This document shows positions 30,890-41,864 of a stretch of DNA of 64,000 nt, in pieces. The notes under the pieces are model-generated. The model was given only the letters and a program-made list of their open reading frames with translations. It had not been told where the DNA came from and made no database searches. Made by a program: the position numbers and the translations under genes. Each line of letters begins with the position of its first letter. Position 1 is the stretch's first letter. The stretch spans positions 39,044 to 103,043 of IMG/VR virus record IMGVR_UViG_3300012173_000004; one strand, given 5' to 3'. Source of the DNA: a virus (lineage: Duplodnaviria > Caudoviricetes).

Positions 30890-30924
30890 GGCCATTTCTT
30901 CTCTAAGAGTAGAAAGGAATTTGA

Positions 30925-31428
30925 ATGCATACAGTATCCATTAATGACTTAAAAAGTACGGTATCTCTCGCTGAACAATATCAATTGACAAGTTCAAATC
31001 CTTATAGCGAGAAGTATTCGAGCAGTAACAAGTCAATTTTAGTCTTTGTTGACGGCCCAGACAGACCTGGCCCATTTGGAGATGGCCAAGGCACAATTCA
31101 GGATGAGTTCATTTGGCGACGTTCTAACTCTGCGCCAATTCCTCCCAGTGCGCTCTTACAGATTATTAAACCTCTAGTGGAAAGTAAAATTAAAGGTCTG
31201 AGACTTACAGGGGAAGCTTACTTTTCACGCTATGCAGGATGTTCTTGTCCTTGTAGCCCTGGTTTTATAGTAAAAACTTTTGCTTACAGTGGACATCGTT
31301 GGTCATTTCATCTTGCACATACTACCGTTATTCAACGCCGTAAGGAACGTGAAGCTCAGAGGTTAGCTTTAGAAACTGAAAATAACTTTATTGCTGCGGC
31401 AATGGGAGTACACAAATGCGTAAGTTAG
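30925..31428 (+). CDS. hypothetical protein with AGCSCPCSPGF motif
   Basis: Cys-rich motif; AAGGA SD. Confidence 0.6.
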   Translation: MHTVSINDLKSTVSLAEQYQLTSSNPYSEKYSSSNKSILVFVDGPDRPGPFGDGQGTIQDEFIWRRSNSAPIPPSALLQIIKPLVESKIKGLRLTGEAYFSRYAGCSCPCSPGFIVKTFAYSGHRWSFHLAHTTVIQRRKEREAQRLALETENNFIAAAMGVHKCVS

Positions 31429-32041
31429 ATGAGAAAGGTAACGGGGAACTAGATTTGAATCTCACTATTTTAGGTGATGAAAAAGGCGTGCACATCGATA
31501 TTTATGATAGTGATGCCGGTATTTGTTTCCTACAAATTAAGCTAACACCCGAGGATTTTCTAGGCTTGACGTTGGGCCGCAACGCTCAACGTCAAGTCAC
31601 AGGTGAATTTCACAGTGTTCATCGTGTAGGTAAGCAACTAAAGATAGACCACATAACCTTCCGTATACCTGACAGCATAGACTATAAGGAACGTGAAAAT
31701 ATTGCCTATGCTGCAGCTCTAACTCACAGTGCTTGCCAGCAAGGCTGGATCCCGGACAAGTATTTCGGATCCCAAAATTCTTTCTTTACTAAGCAAAAGC
31801 CCTTTGAACAACAGGAGCTAGCAAGTTCTCGGAGTGAATCGTGGGCGAGAGCAACTGTTCGCAAGTGGGTAGAGAAGAAATAGGGCCACAAATTTTCTAA
31901 GTGTAATATGACAAAACATACACTTTATGATCTAGAAGGCCATGCATTCTTTTGGTATTCAGCAAAACCTGAACCACTCTATGATATTGCTAGAGCTGCT
32001 AGTGCATGGTTTGGACGGCAACTTCACTAAAGGAACCCTTT

Positions 32042-32950
32042 GTGGATTATACAAAATTCAAACCGCTGTTAGCCGTTAATGTCGATTTTGATAAACTACG
32101 ATTCCCGGTTTTAGGTAGTCCAAAACTTGACGGTGTTCGCTGCATCATGTTAAACGGGAAGTTTGTTAGTCGTACCTTGAAACCTATTTCCAATAACTTC
32201 GTGAGAACCGAAATGGAGAAATTGGGTAAGGTTCTCAATTTGGTGGATGGAGAAGGTGTTGTTGGAGATCCGTGTATAAAAGGATCGATGCAGCGATCTA
32301 CTAGTGGAATTATGTCGGAGGATGGTGAGCCTGCCTTCACATGGCACGTGTTTGATGCCATCAATGACGCTCCTTTTATCAAGCGTTGGCAATCATTAGA
32401 CTTCGTGAATTCTTTCCAACGAGTTACTCGAATTCCTCAAACTATGTTGTATAATATGCAGCAACTTGAAGAATTCGTGGAACGGAATATCCGTCAAGGT
32501 TACGAAGGTACCGTATTACGCGATCCAGAGGGACGTTACAAATTCGGTAGGTCTACAGTTAAAGAAGGCCTCTTACTTAGGATCAAACAATTCGAGGATA
32601 GTGAGGCTACTATTATTGGTTTTATTGAACAGATGCAGAATGACAACCCTGCAGAGAAGGATGCGTTGGGGCATACAAAGAGGTCTTCCCATAAAGAAAA
32701 TTTGGTACCGACTGGAATGTTAGGCGCACTAATTATACAGTCTCTTGAATATCCAACACCATTTAATCTTGGGACAGGATTCGATGATGCATTGCGTCTT
32801 GAGATTTGGAATAACCAGAGTAAGTACCTTGGTAAGATCGTGAAGTTTCAACACCAACCATACGGTCAAAAGAATCTACCACGCATATTATCATTCATTG
32901 GATTCCGTGATCCTAGCGATTTGGGTAGTGAAACAGACACAGGAGGATAA
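32042..32950 (+). CDS. ATP-dependent DNA ligase
   Basis: SPKLDGVR, DGE, FDA, GYEG, YKFGRST, GTGF motifs. Confidence 0.93.
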   Translation: MDYTKFKPLLAVNVDFDKLRFPVLGSPKLDGVRCIMLNGKFVSRTLKPISNNFVRTEMEKLGKVLNLVDGEGVVGDPCIKGSMQRSTSGIMSEDGEPAFTWHVFDAINDAPFIKRWQSLDFVNSFQRVTRIPQTMLYNMQQLEEFVERNIRQGYEGTVLRDPEGRYKFGRSTVKEGLLLRIKQFEDSEATIIGFIEQMQNDNPAEKDALGHTKRSSHKENLVPTGMLGALIIQSLEYPTPFNLGTGFDDALRLEIWNNQSKYLGKIVKFQHQPYGQKNLPRILSFIGFRDPSDLGSETDTGG

Positions 32951-33926
32951 GTGGATAATTTGAATCTCAATGCAAAGAACCTTCAGGGTCTTTGGCGGAC
33001 CTCTAAAGGTTGGGTTAAGAATGCTATTGGGTTAAAAACTAATGGTCGTCCTATAGCAGAGGTGTGGCAGCACCGGGTGGATAATGCAGTATCATTTTGT
33101 CTTGTAGGTGGAGCCATGCAAGTTTGTGACGGTCACAATGCCAGAACTCTGTCATTGATTTGTAAGTTAGATCGTCGTATCAAAAAGTTATTCCCCACTA
33201 GGACTGGTGGTAGATATTCGGACGCTTGGACCAACGTGGTTAAGTTTAATAATGACTACTGCACAACCTTTGAAGATATCAAGTTGGTTATAAGGGACGT
33301 GCGCACACCTAAGTAATATGCGTACCATTAAAGTACGCACCACTTTGAGCGTATTTCGTTTCCGGTGGTCTGATTATAAGGACATTGCTGGGTTACTAAC
33401 AAACGTGGACGAAGAGCTCAAGGGCCGAGGTCTTGAATTAATTATGGCAGACGCTGGCGGTGATGAGTATGGTTTGCGCATAGAACGGAGACGCAATGCC
33501 TCAAAACGAAGTCGCCCTCGTACCGACGGCACAATCCTTGTTAATCTTAGTACTAAAAGCCAAGCTCATTAACAAGTCTCGGCCGGACTTTTTGTTGGAG
33601 GCTCTAAACGCAACGACTTGGACTGAGGCGAGTACCTTCACAGTAGAGGAGTGGCTATCTTTAATTATTGAAGCTTATGAGCATCGCAACAAACAAGCAA
33701 TTAGTCACAGCGGCATGCAAACTTGATATTGCTAGTAAGACCTACGGCTCATTTTACTATGGTCACCTCTCCAAAGAGGCACAGTCTATCATTGAAGATT
33801 GGTCTCAAAATGGAATTCTTGAACATATGGCAGATGATCTAGACATCGTGGATCTTGCCTACGCACTGCCACATTTTCATAAAGAATTAGTAGACGAGCT
33901 TTTTAAGTGGCTCGAGGAATCATTTC

Positions 33927-34106
33927 ATGGATGATCAATTTAAGATGCTGCCAAGCATGTTTGGCACTAGACTACGTCTAGCTAATCTGGCAGCCTTGGC
34001 AGGTATACATCTGGTTGCACGTGAACCAAAGCCCAAGAGGCATAGAAAAGATCGTTATCGTAACCAGATGCAAAAAGCGTCACGCAAAAAGAATAGGAAT
34101 AAGTAG
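33927..34106 (+). CDS. 59-aa protein with basic tail
   Basis: ..KPKRHRKDRYRNQMQKASRKKNRNK; GAGGA SD; overlaps upstream stop. Confidence 0.5.
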   Translation: MDDQFKMLPSMFGTRLRLANLAALAGIHLVAREPKPKRHRKDRYRNQMQKASRKKNRNK

Positions 34107-34517
34107 GAGGTTACATGGATTGGCCATCCTTTATATGGGGTTGGTTGGTAGGTATGTCAGCAGGTGTTCTTGGATCTATTATAGGCTACCATTCAGCTAT
34201 CAAAGAAAAGTTTGATGGAACAATCGACTCTAAGAACACGTAAACAATGTGCTGGTCGAAGTCTTCGCTGGATCAGCTTGAAGAAATCTGGTGGAAATTT
34301 CACGGTTGGAAGGGTACTTTAATTCGAAGATGCTATGTGGCCGTTGCAAAAAAAAATCCAAAAGACTTTATTCGAACGACAGAGGTTCATACTGTGCTGA
34401 GTGTTACCATACCCTCAATAAGAGGGCTTTGCGTAAAATAAAGTACCTCTTAGGAGATTGGCCATTTAACATTCCTGGAGCTATTCCTAAGATAACTGAC
34501 GCAGAACGTAAGCGCAT

Positions 34518-34605
34518 GGGGTGGTGACGGAATGGTAACGTACCGGACTGTAAATCCGTAGTCGTGGATTCACACGTGGAGGTTCGAGTCCTCCCTACCC
34601 CACCA
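34518..34605 (+). tRNA. tRNA-Tyr (GTA)
   Basis: Acceptor GGGGTGG/CTACCCC + ACCA; anticodon loop CTGTAAA; long variable arm; T arm GGAGG-TTCGAGT-CCTCC. Confidence 0.93.
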
Positions 34606-35361
34606 TTTTTTTTGAATTAGACAGGAGGTAACATGTTTGTACTGGTTAACAATTGTCTTTTGGCCTGGTTTCTGTTGGCCTGGTTTCTGTTTGCTATTTG
34701 GAATAAAAGGGCAGGCATAAATTTCACTTTCAAGCTGTTGCTCTTAGCAGATGCTGTTGTTAGTACAGTGTTCCTATTAAAACATCCTATGATATCACGG
34801 TTCCTAGACATGTTGAGCCACTAATTTTCTTAAATAGAACGAAAGGAATTTATGGGATTCAATTCAACAGTTGTCGTTTTGAATGATGCACTAGGTTGCA
34901 TTGAACAGGTACGCGCTAATGTCATACTTTGATATGCCACCACCGAGCCAATTATCTTGGCGTTGGAATTTCGGCCGGTTCTTTTTAATCTTTTCGTTGG
35001 AAGCTTTTTCAGTTGGCCTTTGGATACTTATAGATCCTGAGGAGATTTGTGCTGAACTTGGTTTCTTATTTTTAACGATAGGTTTCACAATACCTTGTGA
35101 GGGAGACGAAAAGAATGGATAAGACAACCAATAAGGTATTTACTAAAGGCAGTGTTGCTTTTCTTGAGGCTTGTGCTAATGCCCATGTTACGCCCACCAA
35201 GCGCCAAGCTTCTAAATTTCGTAATAAGAAAGGGCGAGCATACAATGAAGGACGACCTATTAAGAAGGTAGGTGACGTACTCGCTAAGAAGTAATTAAAT
35301 TTAGGATTCCAATTAACGTAGGATTGCGCCTACACCAACTAAATTTCCTTAAAGGAGGGAA

Positions 35362-36015
35362 ATGATAATGAAGAGTATTAGGAAAGGGGTTTTTAGTCTT
35401 TTTGCAATTTCATTTTTAATCGCAGCGCTCAGCACAGTCGCCATGGGGGCGTCCGGTGGTGAAGGAAATAACACACACTGTAATGGTGTCGGCAATCCCA
35501 ATTCGCCCTGTGCGCATGACGGAGACGGGGGCGGTGAAGGTGGTGGTCACGGTCACGGTCACAAACCGTTCATTATCAGCAACAACAACACGGATGTCCG
35601 CAACCGTAACTATAACACAAACGTAAATACGAATATCAACACGAATAATCTACAAGGCGGCGCCGCGACGAGCCAGCTCGATGGCTATGTAGGGGGTTCG
35701 TATGAGAACACAATTCAAGGTGACTCCGTAAAAGTCTATGCTCCTGCCCCATCAGCTTTTGCTCCGGCTCTAACGTCGGCATCTGAAACATGCTTTGGAT
35801 CTACTTCAGCCGGCGCGTCCGGCGGTAATGGTATATTTGGCTTTGGCATAAGCTTTGGCACGACCTGGAAATCTGACGATTGCGAACTTCGCATGTTCGC
35901 CCGTTCTCTACGTGAGCTCGGTCAGGGTCAAGCTGCTCTTGCTTTGCTTTCGCAGAATGAGAAGGTGGCCAAAGCCTTGAAAGACGCGGGTGTAGAAGTT
36001 CCTGCCAGTAAATAA
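35362..36015 (+). CDS. secreted Gly/Asn-rich protein
   Basis: Signal peptide, GGH/NTN low-complexity region, Cys pairs, GFGISFGTT segment. Confidence 0.65.
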   Translation: MIMKSIRKGVFSLFAISFLIAALSTVAMGASGGEGNNTHCNGVGNPNSPCAHDGDGGGEGGGHGHGHKPFIISNNNTDVRNRNYNTNVNTNINTNNLQGGAATSQLDGYVGGSYENTIQGDSVKVYAPAPSAFAPALTSASETCFGSTSAGASGGNGIFGFGISFGTTWKSDDCELRMFARSLRELGQGQAALALLSQNEKVAKALKDAGVEVPASK

Positions 36016-36035
36016 TATAAGTTTTTCGCCGGCAT

Positions 36036-36072
36036 ATAAGGGAGAGGTCAAAGGACCTCTCCCTTATTCTTT
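36036..36072 (+). terminator. Rho-independent terminator
   Basis: 14-bp stem ATAAGGGAGAGGTC/GACCTCTCCCTTAT, then TCTTT; abuts motif at 36074. Confidence 0.8.
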
Positions 36073-36095
36073 GGAGCCACTAATTCTCTTAAAGT

Positions 36096-36632
36096 ATGGA
36101 AGCACAAAAAGTCTTTATCATTCCTAAGGACATGGACCTAGATGACGTTGAACTTTTTGAAGATGAATCAATCTACTCTGTAAAGAACGACGTTACTAGG
36201 GAATACATTCACATTCATGCTGCTAGTCGAGAGCAAGCTATTTCACGCGCCGGTTGGTTATCTATTGATGTGAAGTGGTGCTATGCTGTCAAGATGCATC
36301 CCAAAAAGAAGATGCCGGATGCTGTCAAGGAAAATTTAAAGGCCCTTCAACAGGAACGTCGGGCACTTCGTAATGCTGGAAGAAAAACAGATGAAGTACT
36401 TGTGGCAGATCTGCAAGCTCCCGCCGAAGTGACTAATTTCGTGATCCAAGCTCAAGCAAAAACTCGTGTACGTGATCAGCTTGTGGCACTTTGGGGTACT
36501 CTTAAGGGCTTCACTCAAGATCAGAAAGTAGATGCCATAGCTCAGTTATTGAAAGCTCGCAATCCCCTAACGGACGTAGTAAAGCAGAGTAAGTGGTACT
36601 ATTATAAGTTGAAACGTGAACTGGGGGAATAA
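36096..36632 (+). CDS. hypothetical protein (no SD)
   Basis: ATG 22 nt after the GAGCCA motif. Confidence 0.6.
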   Translation: MEAQKVFIIPKDMDLDDVELFEDESIYSVKNDVTREYIHIHAASREQAISRAGWLSIDVKWCYAVKMHPKKKMPDAVKENLKALQQERRALRNAGRKTDEVLVADLQAPAEVTNFVIQAQAKTRVRDQLVALWGTLKGFTQDQKVDAIAQLLKARNPLTDVVKQSKWYYYKLKRELGE

Positions 36633-37772
36633 TGGACGCCAATGAATTCTGGCGATTAGAGGCCAGTTTTTTTTTGACTCCTAAGCAGGGAGCAGCAGTT
36701 GCTTCAGTTAGTTTTGGAAGAGGACCTACTCACCTCAGAGGAACTAGAGATGATGACAGAGGAATAGGCCACATAGCTTGATCAAAAGAGTGATTACATC
36801 TTATGGAGTTACGCGAAGTAGTACATTCTCTTCCCCAATGGGTTATTGACATACTTCGTCGGGATCCTGTTGAAGGGCAGATGCTTTGCCTGGCGTATCG
36901 TGGTGATACTCTCATAGGTAAAATACTCATTCTGTGTGATCATCTTGATGCCCTAGATTATTCACAGGTTGCAACATCTGCCTATAAGGGCTTGTGTTAT
37001 ACAACAACTAAACAACGTAATGGTGGTTATGTGCCCTATGTTTGTGACCATTGCAAGCAGGGAAAGCCTTCAGGGTGGTTATTCTACTACCGTAATGGCC
37101 GCATAGCCATGTGCGATGGTTGCGTCTTTACCCACTAATATGGCTTACTTGATTTGGCTATTTTCCATGTTTGGAGATTGAGCAATGGCTAAGATTAAAG
37201 TGTGGGGCGGTCGTTACGGCTACCACAACCGCTCACGCGGAATCATTGCCACTACTTCTGAACAAAAGGTAGCTGATGCTTTTAATTTAACTAAAAATGA
37301 GATCCGTACTTATTGGTGTGGCACGGGCAACGCCCTTGAGCTTGAAATTGCGAATTCCAAAGTAGGTCAACCCTTTGTATCTGACGTTGACTGGTCAAAG
37401 AACAAAGACGATTATATTACTTTAGAAGAGTGGATTAAGCGTGGAGGAATACGTTGATGGCCAAAACGCCTGAAGTAGTTTTCGTAGAAATCTTACAGAA
37501 GGGCATGTGGAATCCCTACCACAGCGAGATCGATGAGGAAGGAACTGGTGAGGCAAAGAAGCGCATGGAAGCTTTTGCCAAGGAAGCCATTGCTGCGAAT
37601 ATTGTTAAGTTTGATGAAATCAGAGTCACCACTAGCGCCTTTACCAAGCTCCGCATAACTGCAGCTCAAAAGAAAGAGCTCTTTGGTGAGGGCGATGGAC
37701 CTGACGAATGATACAGTAGAGCCACCTTTTCGTGCTTTATTAATAACTGTTTTCAAATTGTAGGAGGTTTAT

Positions 37773-38180
37773 ATGGCTAAGAATCTCGGGATAAGTGACT
37801 ACGTAAAGGAGAAACTAAAGGGTATCACTGCTGATACAGCTATCCCCTTACGTGTCCTTGTCAAAGATATCGTTGAAAAGTTTCCGTCCGTCAAGGATGA
37901 GACCAGTGCTTCTGTACGCATCAATTCCGTTCTGAAACAGAAGACTGTGGCTGCTCAATACGGCCGCATCCGTGGTACCAAGGACGGCAAGACGTACATT
38001 GTCTTGGCTTCTATGGTTCCTACGAAGGAAGCAGTCGTCGAGTCTAGTACCGAAATCGTAACTGAGGTGATCAATGAAACTGAAGATAACCCGGCAGGAC
38101 ATCAACAGGGGTTGGCGGGGGAGTCCGAAATATTGTCCGGTAGCGAGAGCCTTAAAACGGAAGACGCACCTACGAGTTAG
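37773..38180 (+). CDS. wHTH-like protein, paralog 3 of 3 (acidic tail)
   Basis: GISDYVKEKLKGI..SASVRINSVL..GKTYI; AGGAGG SD. Confidence 0.65.
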   Translation: MAKNLGISDYVKEKLKGITADTAIPLRVLVKDIVEKFPSVKDETSASVRINSVLKQKTVAAQYGRIRGTKDGKTYIVLASMVPTKEAVVESSTEIVTEVINETEDNPAGHQQGLAGESEILSGSESLKTEDAPTS

Positions 38181-38596
38181 TGTTACAGCAGGCAGTGCTG
38201 TAACATATATTACATCCTGTCAGGGGGATTCGTACACAACAAAGATTAGACTTTACACTTTTGCTGACAAGGGCAAATGGATACGTGCTTATGATGCGGG
38301 CGAAAAAGTGTTGCCTACTACCCTAACTTTGAATTTGATAGCATGAACAAGAACAGAGTACTACCTATCATCATCGAAGTACTACTAAATGCCCACAGTT
38401 GGCCTAGTGAACGTTTTTACCAAACTCTAGCTCATAGCAATGCTGTAGATGAGCTTATACGGGATGGTATCATCGAGTCTAATCCACCATCAGGTAAGTG
38501 CATTCTAACAGAACGTGGTAAAGTCTGGCTAGAACAGATTCTCTCGACACCCTATCCCGTGGTCAAGTGGATTGATCCCCGATTTGGAGAATAATA

Positions 38597-39724
38597 ATGA
38601 GTACACTTAAAGTAGAAGTTATTAAAGTCGACAATGTTCTACCCCACAGCAATGCTGATCGTTTGGAGATTGCTGTTGTTAAGGGATGGAACTGTGTTGT
38701 TCAAAAGGGCGAATGGCATTCCGGGGATTTAGGGATCTATTTTCCAATTGACTCAATGTTACACCCTACAGTAGAAGCATTTCTTTTCCCACCTGAATCC
38801 AAAGTAAAATTGACTAATTCTCGCATACGCACGATCAAACTTCGCGGCGCTATTTCACAAGGTTTACTGGTTTCGATCTCTGACGCTAAGCGCCTATGGT
38901 CTATTGTGCCAGTTGAAGGTGCAGACTTGACTGCAGTTACAGGCACTAAGAAGTATGAACCACACGATAACATGGCATCCCAAAATCATACGGATAACCG
39001 TAAACGTACGAAGTCACCAAATCCGTTTTTCCACAAGTACACTGATATTGAGAATTTCAAGAACCACATCACTCTTTTCAAACCTGGTGAAGCCATTGTC
39101 GTCCAAGAAAAGATTCATGGTACTAATTTCAGGGCAGGTTGGGTTCTATATCACGCTGATACTTGGTGGAAGAAAGTCCTGGCCTTTATAGGTCTTGCGC
39201 CCATGTGGGAATTCGTCTACGGTAGTCATAACGTGCAACTTCAAAATAGATTCTTGCCTGCCACATACTATGACAAGAACATCTACGCTGAAGTTGTGCA
39301 TCGCTATGATCTTAAAAACCGCATTCCTCGTAACATGGTTATCTATGGCGAGATCTATGGTGTAGACGTTCAAAAAGGTTACAATTACGGTCTTGATAAG
39401 ACTGGAGCTCATCGCCGAAGTCTAGTAGTTTTTGACGTCAAAGTTGGTGCCTATAAATACATGGACTACACCTTGATGCGAGCGGCTATTGCCTCTATGG
39501 ATTTAGCCCGCCCGCCTGAATTCTATGTCGGTGCCTATGTCAGTCAAGAACATTTAAAGTCGATGGTGGACGGACCCTCTGCTTTGAACTTTCATGGTAG
39601 TCAAAAGTACCGTGAAGGCGTGGTGGTACGTGCCTATACTGAGCAGGTGTGTTACTTGGGACGCAAGATACTCAAGTATAAAAGTGACGAGTTCTTGGCA
39701 CTTTTTGAGGATGATACGCACTAA
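38597..39724 (+). CDS. RNA ligase, DRB0094 (Rnl2-like) family with N-terminal OB fold
   Basis: HSNADRLEIA, KLRGAISQG, EKIHGTN, YGEIYG, FDV, REGVV, LKYKS. Confidence 0.88.
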   Translation: MSTLKVEVIKVDNVLPHSNADRLEIAVVKGWNCVVQKGEWHSGDLGIYFPIDSMLHPTVEAFLFPPESKVKLTNSRIRTIKLRGAISQGLLVSISDAKRLWSIVPVEGADLTAVTGTKKYEPHDNMASQNHTDNRKRTKSPNPFFHKYTDIENFKNHITLFKPGEAIVVQEKIHGTNFRAGWVLYHADTWWKKVLAFIGLAPMWEFVYGSHNVQLQNRFLPATYYDKNIYAEVVHRYDLKNRIPRNMVIYGEIYGVDVQKGYNYGLDKTGAHRRSLVVFDVKVGAYKYMDYTLMRAAIASMDLARPPEFYVGAYVSQEHLKSMVDGPSALNFHGSQKYREGVVVRAYTEQVCYLGRKILKYKSDEFLALFEDDTH

Positions 39725-40370
39725 TGTATTCCCTAATTATTCAAGCATCTATTGTGTACAAAGGAGCTAGATAGTTTCACCATGCCATATAATCCAGAAG
39801 ACGACGAAATACTTTGGGAATCCGCTGAGCCTATTCAGCATAAACCCAAGGCCGTACTTAAGGCTGCCATTAAGCGTTATAAGAAAGGTCCTCCAAAACT
39901 TCTTCTAATAGAGGACGGCGAAGGCTTCGGTGGCAAGCGCTATGGTTCCACTTTTCTCAAAAGAGTAGATCTCCAAGACATTGAATACGTTTTGGAGTTG
40001 ATTGCTGACGGAAAGAAACATCTCAAAGCCATCAATGAAGCAATCGAAAAAGAGGAAAAAGACAATGCCAAAAGCAATGGTAGTGTTGGCGAGAGTGGAA
40101 GTTCGGATACCTCAAGTTCCTGACTACTTGCATCTTACGGCAAGCGGTAAAGACGTTGCTTTAGACGTCGCTGATTTTGATGCTGCTGATCTACGTACCA
40201 TTAGTAAAGAGTGGGGTGAGGCTTTAGTTGAGCATGCAATACAACGACGTCGTCAACGTGAAGCAGAGTTGAAGGCGCCCAAAACCCGCCAGTATATCAA
40301 GATTTAAAGCATCAACATGACCGTTAAGGCCGTACGGTAGGAATACTGGCCAAAACACCTAGGAGGTTTT

Positions 40371-41039
40371 ATGCAGACAAGAAAATTGGTCGTTTCATTT
40401 TCAGGTGGAGCAGATAGCACTACACTCCTCTACGAGGCTATCCACATGAGGGGCAAGGAGAACGTGCAGCCTTTGTACTTCTTCTACGGACAGAAGCACG
40501 CTCCTGGAGAACGTGAGGCTGTTAAAGCCATCGGTAAAGAGTTGGGAATTGCTATTCCTGAACTTGGCATCGATCTCAAACAATTCGGCCGATCGCCACT
40601 AACGGACCACAGCATCCCTATCCCGACGAAAGAACAAAACAAACAGGCGTCTACGGTTGTTCCGTTTCGTAATACCATGTTCCTGGTGATGTCAGCTGCT
40701 TACGCCACTGTGAATGACTTTGATGACATTGGTCTAGGACCAACACGAGAAGATCTTCCTGAGTATCCAGATTGCCGTCCCGCATATATTGACGCTATGC
40801 AATGGGCTTTGCGTCTAGGTGATCGCCATCATCATCTCAACATTGAGACGCCTTATATTGACATGTGGAAAAGCGATGTTATCGAGCAGGGCTTAAGTCT
40901 TAACGTCCCTTATCATTTGACGCACACTTGTTACAATGGTGTGTGGCAACAGCCATGCCGAGAATGTGACGCTTGTCGTGAGCGTGCTGATAGTTTCACG
41001 GCAAATGGTGTGGTGGATCCACTTTTACTCTCTAAGTAA
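40371..41039 (+). CDS. queC: 7-cyano-7-deazaguanine synthase
   Basis: SGGADS, YGQKH, VPFRN, YPDCR, C-terminal C..C.EC.AC. Confidence 0.93.
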   Translation: MQTRKLVVSFSGGADSTTLLYEAIHMRGKENVQPLYFFYGQKHAPGEREAVKAIGKELGIAIPELGIDLKQFGRSPLTDHSIPIPTKEQNKQASTVVPFRNTMFLVMSAAYATVNDFDDIGLGPTREDLPEYPDCRPAYIDAMQWALRLGDRHHHLNIETPYIDMWKSDVIEQGLSLNVPYHLTHTCYNGVWQQPCRECDACRERADSFTANGVVDPLLLSK

Positions 41040-41864
41040 ACAAGTTAAGGCAGGGTTTCTACGGCACGGAACGCAAGTAATTGTACGGCGCGATCGGGAC
41101 GCTGATTCACGTAGTCCTTAAAACAATTAGCCCTTCCTTAATCTGAATGTAACAGGAGAAATTATGAGATTCGAAATTAAAAATGAAGAAGAGGTTACTC
41201 AGTCTATTGATATGCCTATTGAAGTAACCTTAAAAAGTACAGCATTGGGTAATGTTTCTTTCATGTACAGGCGGAAAGGTCAATGGTGTCCCCTTGTTGT
41301 ACTCACTCATAGTGGTGAACTACATCGTGCCAATTTACCATTAGATACACCATTCCAAGTAATGGAATCAAAACAATACGACAGTATGCATCCCATCCTA
41401 CCACGACTTATTAAGATTGCACGTTAGGAGATACCATGCTTAGTGAAAAAGATCACCTACAAGCTGCCATTAATCGTCTAGATCGCCTCATTGCTACTAA
41501 GCGGTCAGAAATCGAAAAGCTTGAAACGAAGAAAAATGTTCTTCATGAAGCCAACGCCATTATTGGTGGGGAGGCTTTTGACGATGCGCCTGTTGAAGTC
41601 GAAAGGCTTACAAAATTGAAAGTACGCCAGGCAATTGCCCCGAAGATGCGGGAATTTATAACTATATTAGAACCTGGCCAGATCTTTAGTGCCGAGGACA
41701 CTGCTAGGGCCATTGAAATCCAAGATGGTGTCCCTCCAAGAATGGAGAGTGTCGTCTCAGCTCTTTTGAGAGAAGCAACTTCTCTCAAAGGTTTGTGCCG
41801 CCAAGAAGGCAAGAATTTTAAGGTACTGTAGAGCAATAATTTCTTCTAGTATTAAAGGAACTTT

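Larger units (their letters stand above)
23210..41842 (+). promoter_or_regulatory. dispersed G(A/G)GCCA(C/A)WAATT motif, probable phage promoter/operator
   Basis: Copies at 23210, 24522, 25442, 26363, 27594, 28262, 30216, 31883, 34815, 36074, 37719; variants at 26137, 30889, 41831; one minus-strand copy at 24495-24485; almost all at gene boundaries and followed by AT-rich DNA. Confidence 0.75.

Noticed and set aside
34661-34693. 15-bp duplication (LAWFL x2)
   Set aside because: A simple two-copy slippage in a small hydrophobic ORF with no further structure.
40320-40370. Canonical preQ1-I riboswitch
   Set aside because: Lacks the consensus loop C and A-rich 3' tail; kept only as a variant candidate.
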